Part shown: positions 51,001 through 64,000 of the stretch, one piece after another
Layout of the letters: each line of letters starts with the position of its first letter
How positions within the stretch are numbered: position 1 is the stretch's first letter
DNA from: Aplysia californica
Taxonomy: Eukaryota
Assembly (NCBI RefSeq): GCF_000002075.1
Contig: NW_004797342.1
Location: forward strand, 1,109,380 to 1,173,379
Direction: 5' to 3'
Length of the DNA: 64,000 nucleotides
Translations under genes and position numbers: made by a program
The notes under the pieces: generated by a model
What the model saw: the letters and a program-made list of their open reading frames with translations, nothing else
The model's database searches: none
Told to the model about the DNA's origin: nothing

Positions 51001-54000
51001 ATTTTCGAAATGATCTCATGTCTAATGAGTGTTCCAAGTCGTACAAAATCAAACAAAACATACTTGACAAATAAGTTATTGAATTTCAATTTTGTTTTTC
51101 TTCTTTTAGGTCACAGTAATGCTCCCCAGTTCAAGTCATGTTCCCCAGTCCCTGACTGATGAACTTAATTTATACAAACTCAGCCGCTGCCCCTTAGTAG
51201 ACACCACCAAAGGTAAAGGTTGGTGGCTGTGTTCAGTCACACATTTTTTGGGGGGGGAGGGAAAACATTTACCCCTGACATTGTTAACTCACAAGTATGA
51301 AACATGTGACTTTGTCTTTCTGGTCGAATAAGTGAAGTTGACGGTGTGTGATTTTAAAGAATCAAATCCTATACCTTAAACACAAGGACTAAAAATTCCA
51401 CTGCCTGAATATTACACTAATATCTGGACCACTTTTGGGGGGGTGGGGGTGGGTTGGTTGTTGTTTTACCATGATTGAATGTTGCATCCAGCTGATGATA
51501 AAGCAAAAACAATGTCGAGGGTAAATGATTACTTTCCAAAATTGAGGACTGAACTGTAGGAAAGTTTTCAGTTTCTTCTTTGTCTCTCAGTCGAGGCAGT
51601 GTAAGGTGAAAGTTGTCTCAGTCGTTCATTTTGTCTTTATGGATATTGCCAAAGATAAAAACTTGTTTATAAACTGTGTGTGTGCCTGGTGAAAAGCAAA
51701 TTCATGGTCAAATAGAGCTAGAAATCTTGCACTGACTTTTCTTTGCTCACAAAGTGTTTTAGAGTATGTGTACCGGTATGTGAGTGCTAAGCCTCCCGTC
51801 CTTTAATTACTGTGTCAATGTATTTGAGAGCACTACACACCATGAGAAATGACTCTTGCTGATCTAAATTTTGATTTATGGTGTGAAGAGGTTGATTTTT
51901 GTGACTGACCTGTAGAAATTGTTGTCAACAACGTTGCTAGAAATTTTGAAGAATGGCTTTGCTGTTTTGCTATACTCATTAAAAGTAACGGGTATGAATG
52001 CTCAAAATCTGTGATCCTGCACTGCTGTTTTGGTAAATTCGTGAGCCATTTCCAGCTCGAGGAGAAAGTTTTGGCCATGCAGAGGGATGGGGTTTGTTTT
52101 TATGAATGTCTTAGAAACTCTCTACAATGTAGGCTCAGACAGCAAACAGCAAACGTTCTCACACAATTATTTCGTTATTACACCAGATGACTTGTGTCGA
52201 CAAACGTCTTAAAAAATATGGGGGACGGAAAATTGCGCAGGTTTTATCCTGTTATGTAACGGATTACCCAATCCCTTACTATGTACGGTAAATTGTGCAG
52301 GTTTTTGAGTGTGGTGTCGATTATGAGGTAGCTGTGGTCGAATTGGAGTCCCGACCTCGACTATGTTTAGCTGACTGAGAGTTCACTGATTCGGTGATTT
52401 TGTCTCAGAAGATTTCAAGAACCAGAAATTGAGTACATGTTATATTAGCAGCCTTGTATAAATATATGTGTATGCCCGATGCAAATGAGTCAAGCTCAAA
52501 AAGAAACTTTAAATGGAATCGTGACAGAGAAAGGACGAAAAGGGCTCCAACACAGAGGTTTTCACTACTGACTGGCAAGAGAAGCACACGGTGGAGGTTC
52601 ACAAGAAAAGCTTGTACTGCTGGTATCACAACGGTGATGAAATTATGACAGTTTTGATTTGGCTAACAGAAGAGGTCTACTACTTAAGCTTATACTTGAA
52701 GAATTTGAAGTCGGTACCATGTCAAATACCTGTGCAACCTAGGAAATATTCGATACAAAGATCCCTGCACAATTTTCCAACAGGTTTGGGAAAACTCCTT
52801 TGAACTTTTTAACAATTTAGAAACCTGCGCAATTTTCTGCTGCCCAAAAATACAGCTTTTACATGAATAAAGATAAATCCTTGTAAATGTTGGTAGATAA
52901 ATGGCTAAAGAATAATTTTCTAATGGAACTCAATTTAAAAAAACAACAACAATTTTTTACCTTTATTATTGTGTAACTCAGTTCAAGCAAAATGCGTGTT
53001 GTGGTACCTTTTTCCAGGCATGCACATATTTAACTTCGTGTTTAGTAAATGGTATTGAAGGCAATCTCCATGTCTTCAGGTGTGGAATGAAGCTTTTTTT
53101 TGGTTTTTATCTCAATTTTCTGTTATGTTCAAGTTAAAGATGTCACCTACTGGGGAAATAAATACAATTTCCTCTTGTTTTTCAATTGTCTTGTAGAAAT
53201 AAGCAAATAATAATTCTTTATGTTTGATGGCTTTGTCCAGGATTACCAGGCACTATTGACCTTATTGTGAATGCTTTGGATGACCCAGTCCAGCCAGCAT
53301 TGAGCATCCAGTCATGGTATCAGGAGGTTGTCAGCTGGATCAGCAACAGCGATATCCGTGCTCAGATTCTGGCTCTGGATCCACCATCTCAAGGGCCTGG
53401 AATTTCAGCAAAGTAAGAATACTTCTTTGGTCTTTGAAAGAAGAAATAAAGTATCAGCAAGGTTTTGAATATGATTAGAAATATTTTCGGTGACCTGTCA
53501 AATTTTGGGTAAGTCATCGTAGATAAATTTTATCTTAAAGCTGCTCTAAAATTGGGTTCCATGCTGATATTATCCATTGCATTTCATGAACATTTTATGA
53601 AAGAGAAAACGGGCTTGTCATTTTTTTCTACTGGTGTCTTCTAGAACTGCAGTTAGATGAGTTTTGTTTCTTCCAGGATGTTATTGAACCTTGGTCTGGG
53701 AGTTTTTATGGCTCTGCAACCACACTAAGACAGTAAATTTCAATGAACTGAGGGTGGATTATGAGTAATGTGAGTATTCACTTAGAAACGTACAAGACTA
53801 ATAGCACATATGGATTTGACTTAAACTGCAATGTTCCTTGTTTCAGGTGGAGCTTGTGCAAGGTCTTGCCACTGTGCCACGTCTCGCCGTCGTGCGGTAA
53901 CCTGTACCTGTGTGACCTCAGCATTCCTGCCACCATCTACAGTCATGTGGGGATCAAGTATAAATCTCCCTTCGGATCCAAATTTGTCATTCCTTTGCAT

Positions 54001-54012
54001 TTACAGGCTTAG
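44914..54012 (+). CDS. EDC3: Enhancer of mRNA-decapping protein 3, 8 coding exons, 549 aa
   Basis: Exons 44914-45086, 46362-46756, 48229-48600, 49739-49892, 50167-50281, 51110-51212, 53241-53412, 53847-54012 join in frame (1650 nt). N-terminal LSm (FIGSMVSIDCGKLGTYQGHV), FDF motif (QDFDFESNLALFNK), YjeF_N (VVVLCGPHDQG, DLIVNALD, LALDPP, LYLCDLSIP, YKSPFGSKFVIPL). Confidence 0.96.
46362..46756 (+). CDS. EDC3: EDC3 coding exon 2
   Basis: tctcag|(S)STTILDIQII...GQGNGQ(G)|gtgagt. Confidence 0.88.
48229..48600 (+). CDS. EDC3: EDC3 coding exon 3 (FDF domain)
   Basis: gcacag|(G)VHG...DFDFESNLALFNK...KYRHDENIL...YYT(D)|gtaatg. Confidence 0.94.
49739..49892 (+). CDS. EDC3: EDC3 coding exon 4
   Basis: ttacag|(D)NGLVVPSISFELR...LIGGSH(R)|gtatgt. 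Confidence 0.94.
50167..50281 (+). CDS. EDC3: EDC3 coding exon 5
   Basis: cttcag|(R)IHPKNDHQMPVVVVLCGPHDQGTLGVCCARILASHGVQ|gtatgt. Confidence 0.94.
51110..51212 (+). CDS. EDC3: EDC3 coding exon 6
   Basis: ttttag|VTVMLPSSSHVPQSLTDELNLYKLSRCPLVDTTK(G)|gtaaag. Confidence 0.9.
52220..52845. mobile_element. MULE-like MITE in an EDC3 intron
   Basis: gg..cggaaaattgcgcaggttt / aaacctgcgcaattttctgc..ccc TIRs; aaaaata on both flanks. Confidence 0.65.
53241..53412 (+). CDS. EDC3: EDC3 coding exon 7
   Basis: gtccag|(G)LPGTIDLIVNALDD...QSWYQEVVSWI...ILALDPPSQGPGISA(K)|gtaaga. Confidence 0.93.
53847..54012 (+). CDS. EDC3: EDC3 coding exon 8 (terminal)
   Basis: tttcag|(K)WSLCKVLPL...NLYLCDLSIP...YKSPFGSKFVIPLHLQA*. 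Confidence 0.94.
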
Positions 54013-56221
54013 TGAGGGATGAGGCTGCAATTTGCCTTGTATATATATCGAAAGGATCTGTCTATGATTGTAAAAAAATTTTCTGTTGTCTGCTGATTCC
54101 AGTATTGTAGTGCTTGTCCTGGTTTTAGTGCAAGTGACTACTGTCTCGTAGAAGGCGCTGCAGGAAGCTACGTTCCCTTCGCTGCTTGGTTGATGACGCG
54201 CTTCACCATGACCTGTGATGATTTGGTTAGGGTGAGTTGACTCTTGTGGCTTCAAACATGGATGGGACTTGCATATATTCACCAGCTGCAGAACTACATC
54301 AACTAGATGTCAACGTATGAATACGATGCACTCTAGGAAGGTGCTGAATTGTATATTTATGGTTTCATTGGATGATTTTTGTTACTGTGAAACTACTGGG
54401 ATGTGAGATATGTTCTGGTGCTCGTGAAGAAAAGGTGACCTTGAAACAGCTCTGTGACTAAAATTTCTTTGAAGCTGATATGACTCGTGACTTTAATTGC
54501 GCATGATGCCCTTGGCTCCTTTTTGAATGGAGAAGTTAACACAGTTTTAATATCTGAGAAGAGGACAGGGTAAGTATTGCTAAACCATACTGCCGCTGAT
54601 CTTCTTCGTTAGCATTGGTTGAAGTTTTCAGGAATCGGATACCCTCTTTTAGTCAGCGAACGTCACTCATTGCCTGATGTTTAGTCCGCTGTCTTTAACG
54701 GGGCCCTGTTTCCATGGCCTGTTCACTACTGACGTAGTTATTACATGGCCTTTGAATCTGATGTGCACAAAACAGAATCGGCTGAATGACGTATTTTGGT
54801 ACTGCGCTGAAAAGACGAGCTTTAGCTAGCAATGTTTTGTGGTTCCCTTGATGCCAATGCTGTTCCTGTTGTTCGACCACAATGTTGTTTCATCTTTATG
54901 CTCAAGGCTCGTCACTGGATGTGGATCCATTTTGTTGATGCTGTGTGAGCTTTACGAAAAGAACTAACAGGGACACACAGTGTTTGCATGGAATTCTCAG
55001 GGGCCATAACTCTAGTACACCCGCTCCAAAGCAGTGGGACCAGCTGGAGGAATTTTCTTTAGACAAAGCGAAGGGCTGCAAATGGTGCTTGGAGCTTAAC
55101 CACTCATCGGCTGCTTTGATGTTCATAGAGTGTACTTTCTGTGAGGAGAACACTGCGGCTTCAAGTCAGAAGTGCTGGGTTTGGGCAACACGGGTATGTG
55201 TGTTGTCTGTGTGTAGAGTGCACCTGTGCAGATCTGAGCTTTTTGCCAGTAGATCTCTTTTTTAAAGTTTTCTGGCCAAGAATCAAAAGGTTCCTCCTGT
55301 TATCATTGTATTATTTCTAACCCTTGGCAAATTGTTGTTCACTCTGTGAATTCTTGGAAAAAGAATTCAACTGTGTGTTGTTCTGTGATCTGATGCAGAG
55401 TGCCTTGAATGTGGTTGATGTGTATTTAAGGGGATTGGGTTGGTGGTAGATTATTTTGTAACGAGTGATGATTATGCTAAAAGGGATTTTAAAAAATTAT
55501 TTTGATGCTGTGGGTGGATTTGAATATTTAAATGGCATTGTTACGATTTGAAGGGATCCTTGCATAGAGTGTTTAAAAATGCTAGTTTGAGGAGACACAG
55601 TGACGCAAATAGGCAAATAATTTCCTTCTAAATTTCACTAACATTTTGACTGGCGTGTTTCATGTGATTTGATAGATCTGGTTTACAAATATGGACAAAG
55701 AAGTAAATTCGTATGGAAACATTAAATGTAAATATCATTTGTAAATGTGTGTCGAGATCAGTGAGTTTGTATTGGATTTGTCTGGGTTTAATATAAGCAT
55801 TCTTTTCTGTAATGTTCATCACTTGTGACACATTTGCTATTTGCATATATAATGATTTGATTCGTTTTACTCTTGATGGTTGTTAAATGTAAATGGGATT
55901 TTATATTCAAATGTTTCAAATGTAAAGGTTTTTGTTAAGGGGGAGAAAATGACAGGGCTCAAACTTCTTTATAAAGATAAGACCATGCACATGTTTTTGG
56001 TCAGTATGTAAAATAGATTAACTCACAAATTTTACCCCTCTTCTCCATGTTTACTACCGTTCATTTGTTAATAGCCATTTATATGAACAAAAAATGTAGT
56101 AGGCCAACCGCTAAGAATAGTAAGGCTCATGTAGATCTTCGTAAATTTGTAGAATATTTGAGACCTATTGCTTATTCTTGTTGAATTTTTTAAACCTTCC
56201 ATTTATGGTAGTGTACTGGTA

Positions 56222-56430
56222 TTTATGGTGTAGCAGTTAGGCACTTCACCATGGCATGTAAAAGATTCGAGTTCGATTCCCGCCTGAGGAGAATTTTTAT
56301 AGAGTAACTTGGTCTTTCTGCTGAGACTTTGTTTCCTTCTCATCCGGAGTTGGCCCTGACCAGCAGGGTCGAAGCTGACCTTCTAAACAGTCTAAATTGT
56401 GTCGATGGAGGGGGTGGGCAAACACTAAAA
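56222..56430 (+). mobile_element. Degenerate tRNA-derived SINE downstream of the EDC3 stop
   Basis: A-box-like tggtgtagcag and B box gagttcgattcc with tRNA spacing; no acceptor stem. Confidence 0.5.
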
Positions 56431-58077
56431 ATTCAGTTTAAAAATTTGCTTATGGGAATGTGACCCCAAGATTTTGTGGTCTGTAGAATTCTTCTGGCCG
56501 ATGAGGTGTGAGCATTACTCATTTTAATTAAATGCTGCTGTCATATCGATTTAAAATTGCAAACTTTTCTTTATTGTACTATTTGCTCATCAAGCAGATG
56601 CTAAGTGTGAAATATTTCATCCTTTGCAATGTTCGTCTTGGAGAAACTTGGTAATTCACTTTTATTTGACTTTGGTACTGCTCAGCCTGGGTCTTAATGA
56701 AGATTTGGTTTGTTGTTCTTTCCACTGAAAATAATGTACTTTTTCAGATGGCTGTGTTTGCTTAAAAAGTAGAGAGACCGTCAATCATCTGCAACTCCAG
56801 TAACCTGGCATGATCTCAGGAATCGATTGAGCTGCTTCTGTTGAAAGAAAACCCCACTTATTCTCTTGACTTGAAACTTGATGCTAAACGTTTTTGCTGC
56901 AGAGTGGGTTGCTTTTACTCTGCATGTTTCCATCTGGAGTGTCTGGAGGATATTTTAAAATGATAAGTTGAAAAATGTTTGAAAATTCAGCTTAAGTATT
57001 CTTCTTGTACTGGGTTTTATAACAAGTTAAAAGAAAAACTTGTAGCCTGTGTGCTCTGTACTTTTTCAAATGCTATTTGCAGGTTTGAAGCTACTTCAGT
57101 TGGGACATTAATGCCATGCGCCCCCCCCCCTCCCCGTATCCTATTGGAATGGTGCAACTGAGCTCTTGCATTTTGACAGCTCTGCTAGATGTACACCACC
57201 ACATGCAGAGGCAAGCATTCGCTACCCAGGAGATTAAAGGCAATGGCACTCAGATGTTTACTTGCTTGGGTTGATGAAAATTACTTTGCCGTGGCGCCTT
57301 GGTTTGGATCATAATGACGGATACTTGTGAAGGATAGGTACCATCTGTTGCCCGAGAAATCTGATTTACCTGGATGTGTATTTTCTTAATGGGTTCACTG
57401 AAGTCAGAAAGTTGCTTTTAGAACATTCTTAATGATCACAGTTGACCTTCATTCCTGATGGAGTATGATGATTTTTATATGAAAGAATTAATAATGCAAT
57501 TATTTTGATTGCCTGTGGTGTTCATGATTTTTGAAGAAAATGTTTTGAAGAGCTGAACAGAAGATTGTTATGTGCATTATAACACTGGACATATGTCCCT
57601 TGTAGAACCTCAGGGTTTCTGGTGGCTTTGGTAATATGTGGAGGAATTTATCAGATTCAGTGTCCAGTGTTAGAGCAGTAACTGCTTTTTTATATTATGT
57701 GGATGATGTGTTTTAAAAAGAATTCACCGACACCCCCCAACTCCGCTATGAATCTTTGTGCCGACTTTTGCCATGAAATGAGTAGATATAACAAAAGGTT
57801 TTCTTGAGGTCACAATGGTACTGTGAGTATCATGTTATATGTATTTCTTATGTACAAGCCTATACTGGCTACTTTGATTCTGAAGTTTGGTTAATGTCAT
57901 CATTCATGTGACCATAATAGTTTATCCTTTGTCGGCAACGTTTCTTGTGAAAAAATTATTCCATTAATCGGCATGAGTACTGAATAATTATTTAAGGTTT
58001 ATAGTTTGAATAGATATACCAAATGTTCACGGTGTTGATTTTTTTCTTCGAGATATTGCTGAGATCAAAAAAGTAAA

Positions 58078-58083
58078 AATAAA
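58078..58083 (+). terminator. Candidate EDC3 polyadenylation signal
   Basis: AATAAA followed by a GT/T-rich element (tgttttcggattgattgtttt), about 4 kb after the stop codon. Confidence 0.4.
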
Positions 58084-58353
58084 TGTTTTCGGATTGATTG
58101 TTTTATCAGTCACATTTTTTTTACCCTGCGATTAGTTCCAGATTTTGTCCCATATAAAACTACACAGAGTACTTAAGGGTCTTCTTAAGCTGAATATGTA
58201 CTGTAAGGAATTGGGCACAAGCAAATTTTATTGCGTGGGTAATAGTGGTGCACTGGGAGCTAGTGTTGAAAATATGCTTCAAAGTTTTTTGTGTTCTATG
58301 TCATCCACAAGTCTCAGCTGAAGACAGCCTAAAGGCATTGATTTTTTTCTTAA

Positions 58354-59118
58354 GGGGAGGAACGACCCTTGATTTTGCAGATTTTGGGTCAGGCTATTCA
58401 CATTGAGGTGTTGGCTGATTATTGAAGGTCAACCTGTTCTTTGTCTAAAACTAGCAAGGAAACTTTCTTCTTCTTTTTCCTCGTTCTCGATAGCAAGGAA
58501 ACAATTGAGAAAGTCTTTATTCTCCTCGTGAATTGCCTTTGAAAACATGAGGGTAGGTTAATATAGGGAATTTTCACAATAATTGTCGTTTTTCCCCAAA
58601 ATGCCTTTTTTTGTGCAGTTTTTTCCCCTACTCCTTCCTTAGTTTTCATCCTTTTGACATGACACTTTCAGGAAACATAGATGGCAGGGCTGCCATCAAT
58701 GCAACAGAGAGATGTTAGCGAAAAAAATAACACTTTTCCATTGGCAAGCGATTATGCAACCGAAATATAGAAAAGTTTTGTTTTTTTTGCACTTTGGGAA
58801 AATTCTCATTTTTTTTTTTCTTTTGCACTTATTGAAAAAACTCACTGTTACGCTGATAGGGTCTGGTTCAGGTATACTCTCATGATATTTGGTCAAATTT
58901 GGTCAGTAAATAAGAAAGCGTTAGGGATTTAAAATTCATGGGGGTTTTTTTTGTTTGGTTTTTTTCCAAGACGGTGGCCGTTTCCATAGCAACTGCTGTA
59001 GCTATACCAAAATAAAATTGCACATCAAAAGATTTTACTATGCCTAACTTATATGAGTACTTAGATTTGATCTTGGGCAACAAACATAGAAAATTGTCCT
59101 CAAGGGTCGCTCCTCCCG
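58354..59118. mobile_element. TTAA-flanked MITE (Kolobok-like)
   Basis: TTAA|GGGGAGGAACGACCCTTGA ... TCAAGGGTCGCTCCTCCCG|TTAA (17/19 TIR match). Confidence 0.75.
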
Positions 59119-62100
59119 TTAAGATGTGTAGATCTACATGTGTATTTACCTCTCGACAACCAAGTCTTATGGACAGGGCAATTTCTTGTGTGCATGTAGA
59201 GGCTTCAGTCATATTGGAAGTTCTGTTCAGCTTCTATTTTCACAAGTCATTTAGCTTCTGATGCGGTAAGAAGAGTGCTCTGACTGAGAGTCTGTGTCTG
59301 TTCTGTGTAAATTTGACAGCTTTTTAGTCCCAGGATTCTTTCAGGTTTTTGACAACTTGAACAAACGTGAGGATTCATAACCTACTTCGTGATGTACATA
59401 CACATTAAGTTACAACCATGAGCTAAGGTGATTAGTTGCTGCTGTCTGTGTCTACCTGCTGATGTGTACATATAATATTTGTGTGTTTGTATGCATAAAA
59501 GAGAAAGTGTGCAAGTTTTTATGTCATTGTATTATTATGTCGCCTTAAAAGTGAGAGAAAAAGAGGAAGATAGAGGCAAGAGGAAGGTTTTTGAATTGTA
59601 ACTGATGGTGCTTCCTTTGTCATATATGTTAAGACTGTGATGAATAGTTGTCAGTGACTAATGAATGTTCCCTGGGTTTGAAATCCTGGAACATCTTTGT
59701 ATTTGATTATTAAGATACCCATCTTGCATATTTATGTCATCTTGGAATGCTTATAGCACGAATCAGGTTTTATTTTTTTTATTTTTAAAAATTTACCAGT
59801 TGGCCAAAAGAACACTTGTATTACTGCCATTCTCGTGTTTTTTCTTTTTCCTCTTACTGAAAAGGTATGACGAAAAATGTGCACAAGAATGTTGAGGAAA
59901 AAAAAGAAAAAGATTTATGATATGTGGGATTGGACATTGGCTGATATATATTGAAATTATATTCTAAGAAAGAGTAGGAAGGATCCGTGAAATCAGCTGT
60001 CCTATGCTGTATAACAATTTTCTCAACGTTCTGGCATAGCTCAAATCTAGAAAAGGAGAGGTAAATGAGGGCTATTTTTTAATCTCTATTCAGCCATTTT
60101 TATTATACTGACTTATACTTTCTTGATATTGGAAACACATTGTATATTATGTGAAACTAAGCAGGCAGCTATTCAGCATCTGGTATGAGGTTTTTACTAG
60201 GTGAATGCTGGATATTCTTCGATGTACATATTCCATCATACTAATCAACATTAATTCTGTCCCTCTTTCTGCTCTTTGTTATGTATCTTTTTAAAGCCAT
60301 GCCCATGGTTTTGACTGGGTTTCCTCTCTGTTCCTACTTATTCACTCTCAGTGTATTTTACCTGCTATGCTTAGCTCGGGAGGAGTAGTTTCGGTTTCTC
60401 GTGCAGGTGATCAGTGGGCACTTTATGGTCTTTTTCTTCTACTTTTTTTCCTGTTTAATTTTGATTCTTCTAGTTTGTTTCTGGAGAAAAATAACTATCA
60501 CCACTTAAGAACATGTCAGCTCAGGCTTTGAATATTATAACTGCTTTCATTTTATCACAAAGATTCTGAATAATTCAACTGATCAATAATTATTTTTGTA
60601 GTGCTGAAAATTATAGCTTTTCTTTGAAGTGGACTAGTTTCTATGGATTTGCATTGTGCTTGTTACCAGTCTCACTGTGCCCTATATTATAGTATATCTT
60701 ATACTACGAGTTATGTAGTTTGTCAACAGATTTTTTCCCCCGCTGTTTTTAGTAATGATATGCACTCCAGCATGCCCCTGTCATTTTGTTGTTGTGTGTA
60801 TGTTTGTATGTTTTGTGTGTGTGTGTGTCTGTGTGTTGTGTGTGTGTGAGTGTGTGTGTGCCCGAGTGTACATATTTGCGGTGTGCGTGTGCGTATAAAC
60901 AGATGATTGTAGCATTTATAAAACTGTAATGTAGTTTTGGTGTGCGATCAGACTCCCAAGATTTAACAGAGTTTGATGGTGTAGTGTGCCGTCTGTCGTG
61001 ATAAGATTTTATTTGCATAGACAGAAATGATAACAACAGGCAAAGAGTGGCAAGTGAAATGTGAAGTGGAAATCATATTTGTTGACCAAAATGTTGTGCC
61101 ATGTTCCGAAATCAAGATATCCAAAATGCTTTTACTGAATTTACTGATAATGTGTTGTGTGACCTTTCAAAAAGTTATAGACCTTTAAAGTGAAGCATCC
61201 TTCTCTGTCTTAGTCCATTTCTGTTTTGTCTTTACCTTATATTTGTTGATCTTTCCTCTTTTTCTTTTTTTTTTTAGCTCTCTCATACCTTGCATGTAGC
61301 TAGAGGGTACCACTGGTATGTCCTGCTTCCTTTCTTCCCCCCGTCTGTCTTTCTTACTCTTTCTTTGCACTAAATGATCTTTATTGTGTAGATGCACTTC
61401 TCATTATGTGGGGGAAAAAAACAAATAATCTTTGATACCTTCGTTTCACTCAACTGATTTTATATATTGTAAGTGTCAGCATTACTTTCTACTAGTTGTT
61501 CATTGCCCACATTCCCCATGAAGTTTTGATTTGAACTGTTCCACAGTTTAGCTTAAAATTATACCTCTGTGTTCTTGTTGTAATATAAACATTATTATTG
61601 TTATTCTCTGGGTTTTTTTCTGTCTTCTTCTTTTGAATATATTATTTTCATCATTGTCATTGTTAATGTTGTTATTACTATTAATGTCGACTGATATCTT
61701 TGAACTGTTTTAGAAAGCAAAGTGTGGAAATGGATGTGTACGAATTATTTCACTTTTGAGGAAGAACACATGGAGTCACAGCAGCTGTAAACATGTTTGT
61801 TTTATACAATTCACACGCCAATACCGATTTCTTGTTGCTGATATAAGAATGTGGAGTGAGCAGAACCATATCATCAGATTTTGTCTGTATTTCTTTTATC
61901 CTGTTGTAAATACTGTACAAAGAGTAATAATACTCATTGATGGCCAAAATGTTGTGTTTTTTTGTTGTACTTATTGCATTTTTTTTTTCTTAACAGAAAA
62001 TTGGTCTTCACTTCACTTTTTTTTTGCCATTTGCCAAAACTGATTGTTCGGCAGGCCTGGAAAAATGCCATGCTCTTGTACATGTAAATACCTTTGATTA

Positions 62101-64000
62101 GTTGAATGCTGTCACACTTCTCTTGTTGCTTGCTACAATATACTGTTTTGGATAATTTTGATTCCTCAAAATCCAACTGAGTTGAAGTTGCTAAAAGAGT
62201 ATAGTTTAAAAGTTGCCACTGCTGCTGACATGGGTTCTGCTTTGAGGTATGACTTTCTTGCATTTCTATCTTTTAAAGGGCAAAGTCAATTATGACTTTT
62301 GGGCACCTTTTGAGGTGTCAGATAGTAGTCGTAATACCAACAAATGCTCTGCATAGGTTGTTTTTTTTTTTTAGTTCAGTAAGAGTTTTACAGTGCTCGC
62401 AAATGCTAAAGGTCATATGAGCACTCGAAACACAAGTTGGTTGCATTCGCAACAGTTCACACCATGACTTGGTTTTAGTCATCGATCAGATTAGATGGTT
62501 ACAAATTTTACGGTAAAAATTTCAAACTTAAATAATAACAATTTTCATTTTTTGGATGCCTTTTTTTATGGTGGTAAAAAGAATGATACCAAATACAAAT
62601 TTAACGACTAGAAAGTTGGGAAGGAAGGTCTATTTTTTGCGAGTGGTATTTTTCTTATACTGTCAAAAATTGATGTTGGCAGGAAAGATTTGGGGGACAT
62701 GGGGTTGATAGTAGAGAGGATAGTTGTGCAGTGGTTCAACTGTTGTAAAAGATTTTGAACTGTGAAATTTTCTCGCAGGACTTTAATCATTAGTGCCCAT
62801 CTGTAATAGAACAAGGACTCCACCAAGCTGTCTAAGCAATTTCAGTGCTTTGAACCGTTGTCGCTCTGTGAAGCATAAGGTCATGTTTCCTGCAAAGCAC
62901 GTTATTCTGGCCATGACTGGGGTATAGTAATAGATATAAATGTATGGATTGTATAATTCTGGAGCAAATTGCAAAAAGTGTTGAATTTTGTGGTTGCTTT
63001 TTTTTTCTTCTCAGAATGCTTTCATTTGTTCATGTTGGTTTTAGTTTTCCCTTTTATGCCTCTTTCTGTCTCTATGAGTTGAAAGTCACAAGTTATGTAA
63101 CAGCCCTGTACAAAAGATGGTAAGTACATAATTTGAAATGTTTCACTTGTAAAGTAGTTGCTGTTCCTGTCATCTGTTGTTTTGTTTTTAATGCAAACAA
63201 TTTTTAGAAAATTGTGAGGTAATTGAAAGTGAAGCTTTTGCTTTTATTTATATAAACTCCACTTTTTCTGTGCCCCAAAGATAAAATCTGAGTTTATCCC
63301 ATTCATAATCATATGTGGTAGTAACGAAGATTGACAAAACAAACAGTTTGTGCTGCTTGCTGTCTTTGAAATATATGCATTTTTCCTTCCTACACTGTAA
63401 GCCTTGCATCCAGCGACTTTGGATTAGTATAGGGCAGACATGATTAGTCCAATATGAAAATACTTGTCATGTTAGACCTATCTGTCACAGAAATCCAGGA
63501 TACCGTGAATGCTAGGTTCAGACCTGAAAATTTCTTTTGATGTAAGGTTTGCTGTATAAAAAAAAAACAGCACAAAATGTTCAGTCACCATGGAAGCTGA
63601 GATAAAAATATGATATCTTTTGTTTTCACGAAAATGGATTCTGTGCGGACCCAATTTTTGAAAGATCATGAGAGGACTCCTGAACAAGAGTGCTTAGGTT
63701 TTTTGGGTTTAAAAAAAAAAAAAAAAGATTTAAGGAGTTCAGGAATCTTTATATATTCCAGGCATTCACTTCTTGGTACAACAATTCATATTCCGCTGCA
63801 TGCGTAACAGTCTCCAAACTTTTCTATTTTCTGCCCATTTAATTTTTATGCAAAGTCCTGATGGCACCCATGTCTTATAGATTGGTATATAGTCCTCTTT
63901 GAAACATAATGCGCTTACTTTTAAAGAAACGTCAGTGGTAGCAGATAAGGAGTGTATGAATTGAGAGTTAGTGTGTGACAGAGAGAGAAAGTATTGAACT

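Overview
Intron-rich metazoan (most likely marine invertebrate) genomic DNA with three assembly gaps; nothing here is prokaryotic. I reconstructed three spliced genes by hand from GT-AG boundaries and reading phase. (1) The first three coding exons of THOC3 (TREX WD40 subunit) on the minus strand, running off the left edge. (2) A complete 10-exon, 303-aa short-chain dehydrogenase/reductase (FabG-like SDR) on the minus strand, 16839-33504; the ORF track shows only parts of it. (3) A complete 8-coding-exon, 549-aa EDC3 (LSm, FDF, YjeF_N) on the plus strand, 44914-54012, with a probably multi-kb 3' UTR. Introns and intergenic DNA are packed with mobile elements: TTAA-flanked elements, pogo/Tigger-like, P-like and MULE/Foldback-like elements, tRNA-derived SINEs, and CR1 and Gypsy remnants. 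The most notable observation is the SDR: its frame and NADP(H)-binding motif are intact, but three of the four catalytic-tetrad positions are altered (N->Y, S->G, YxxxK->YxxxxK). Other highlights are a young 2.3-kb foldback element with palindrome-array TIRs and a 9-bp TSD, a repeat carrying YY1/ETS motifs near the 5' ends of the genes, TAGRYCTA palindrome clusters, and nested insertions. I see no convincing novel multi-gene system. All calls are from reading the sequence, without database searches.
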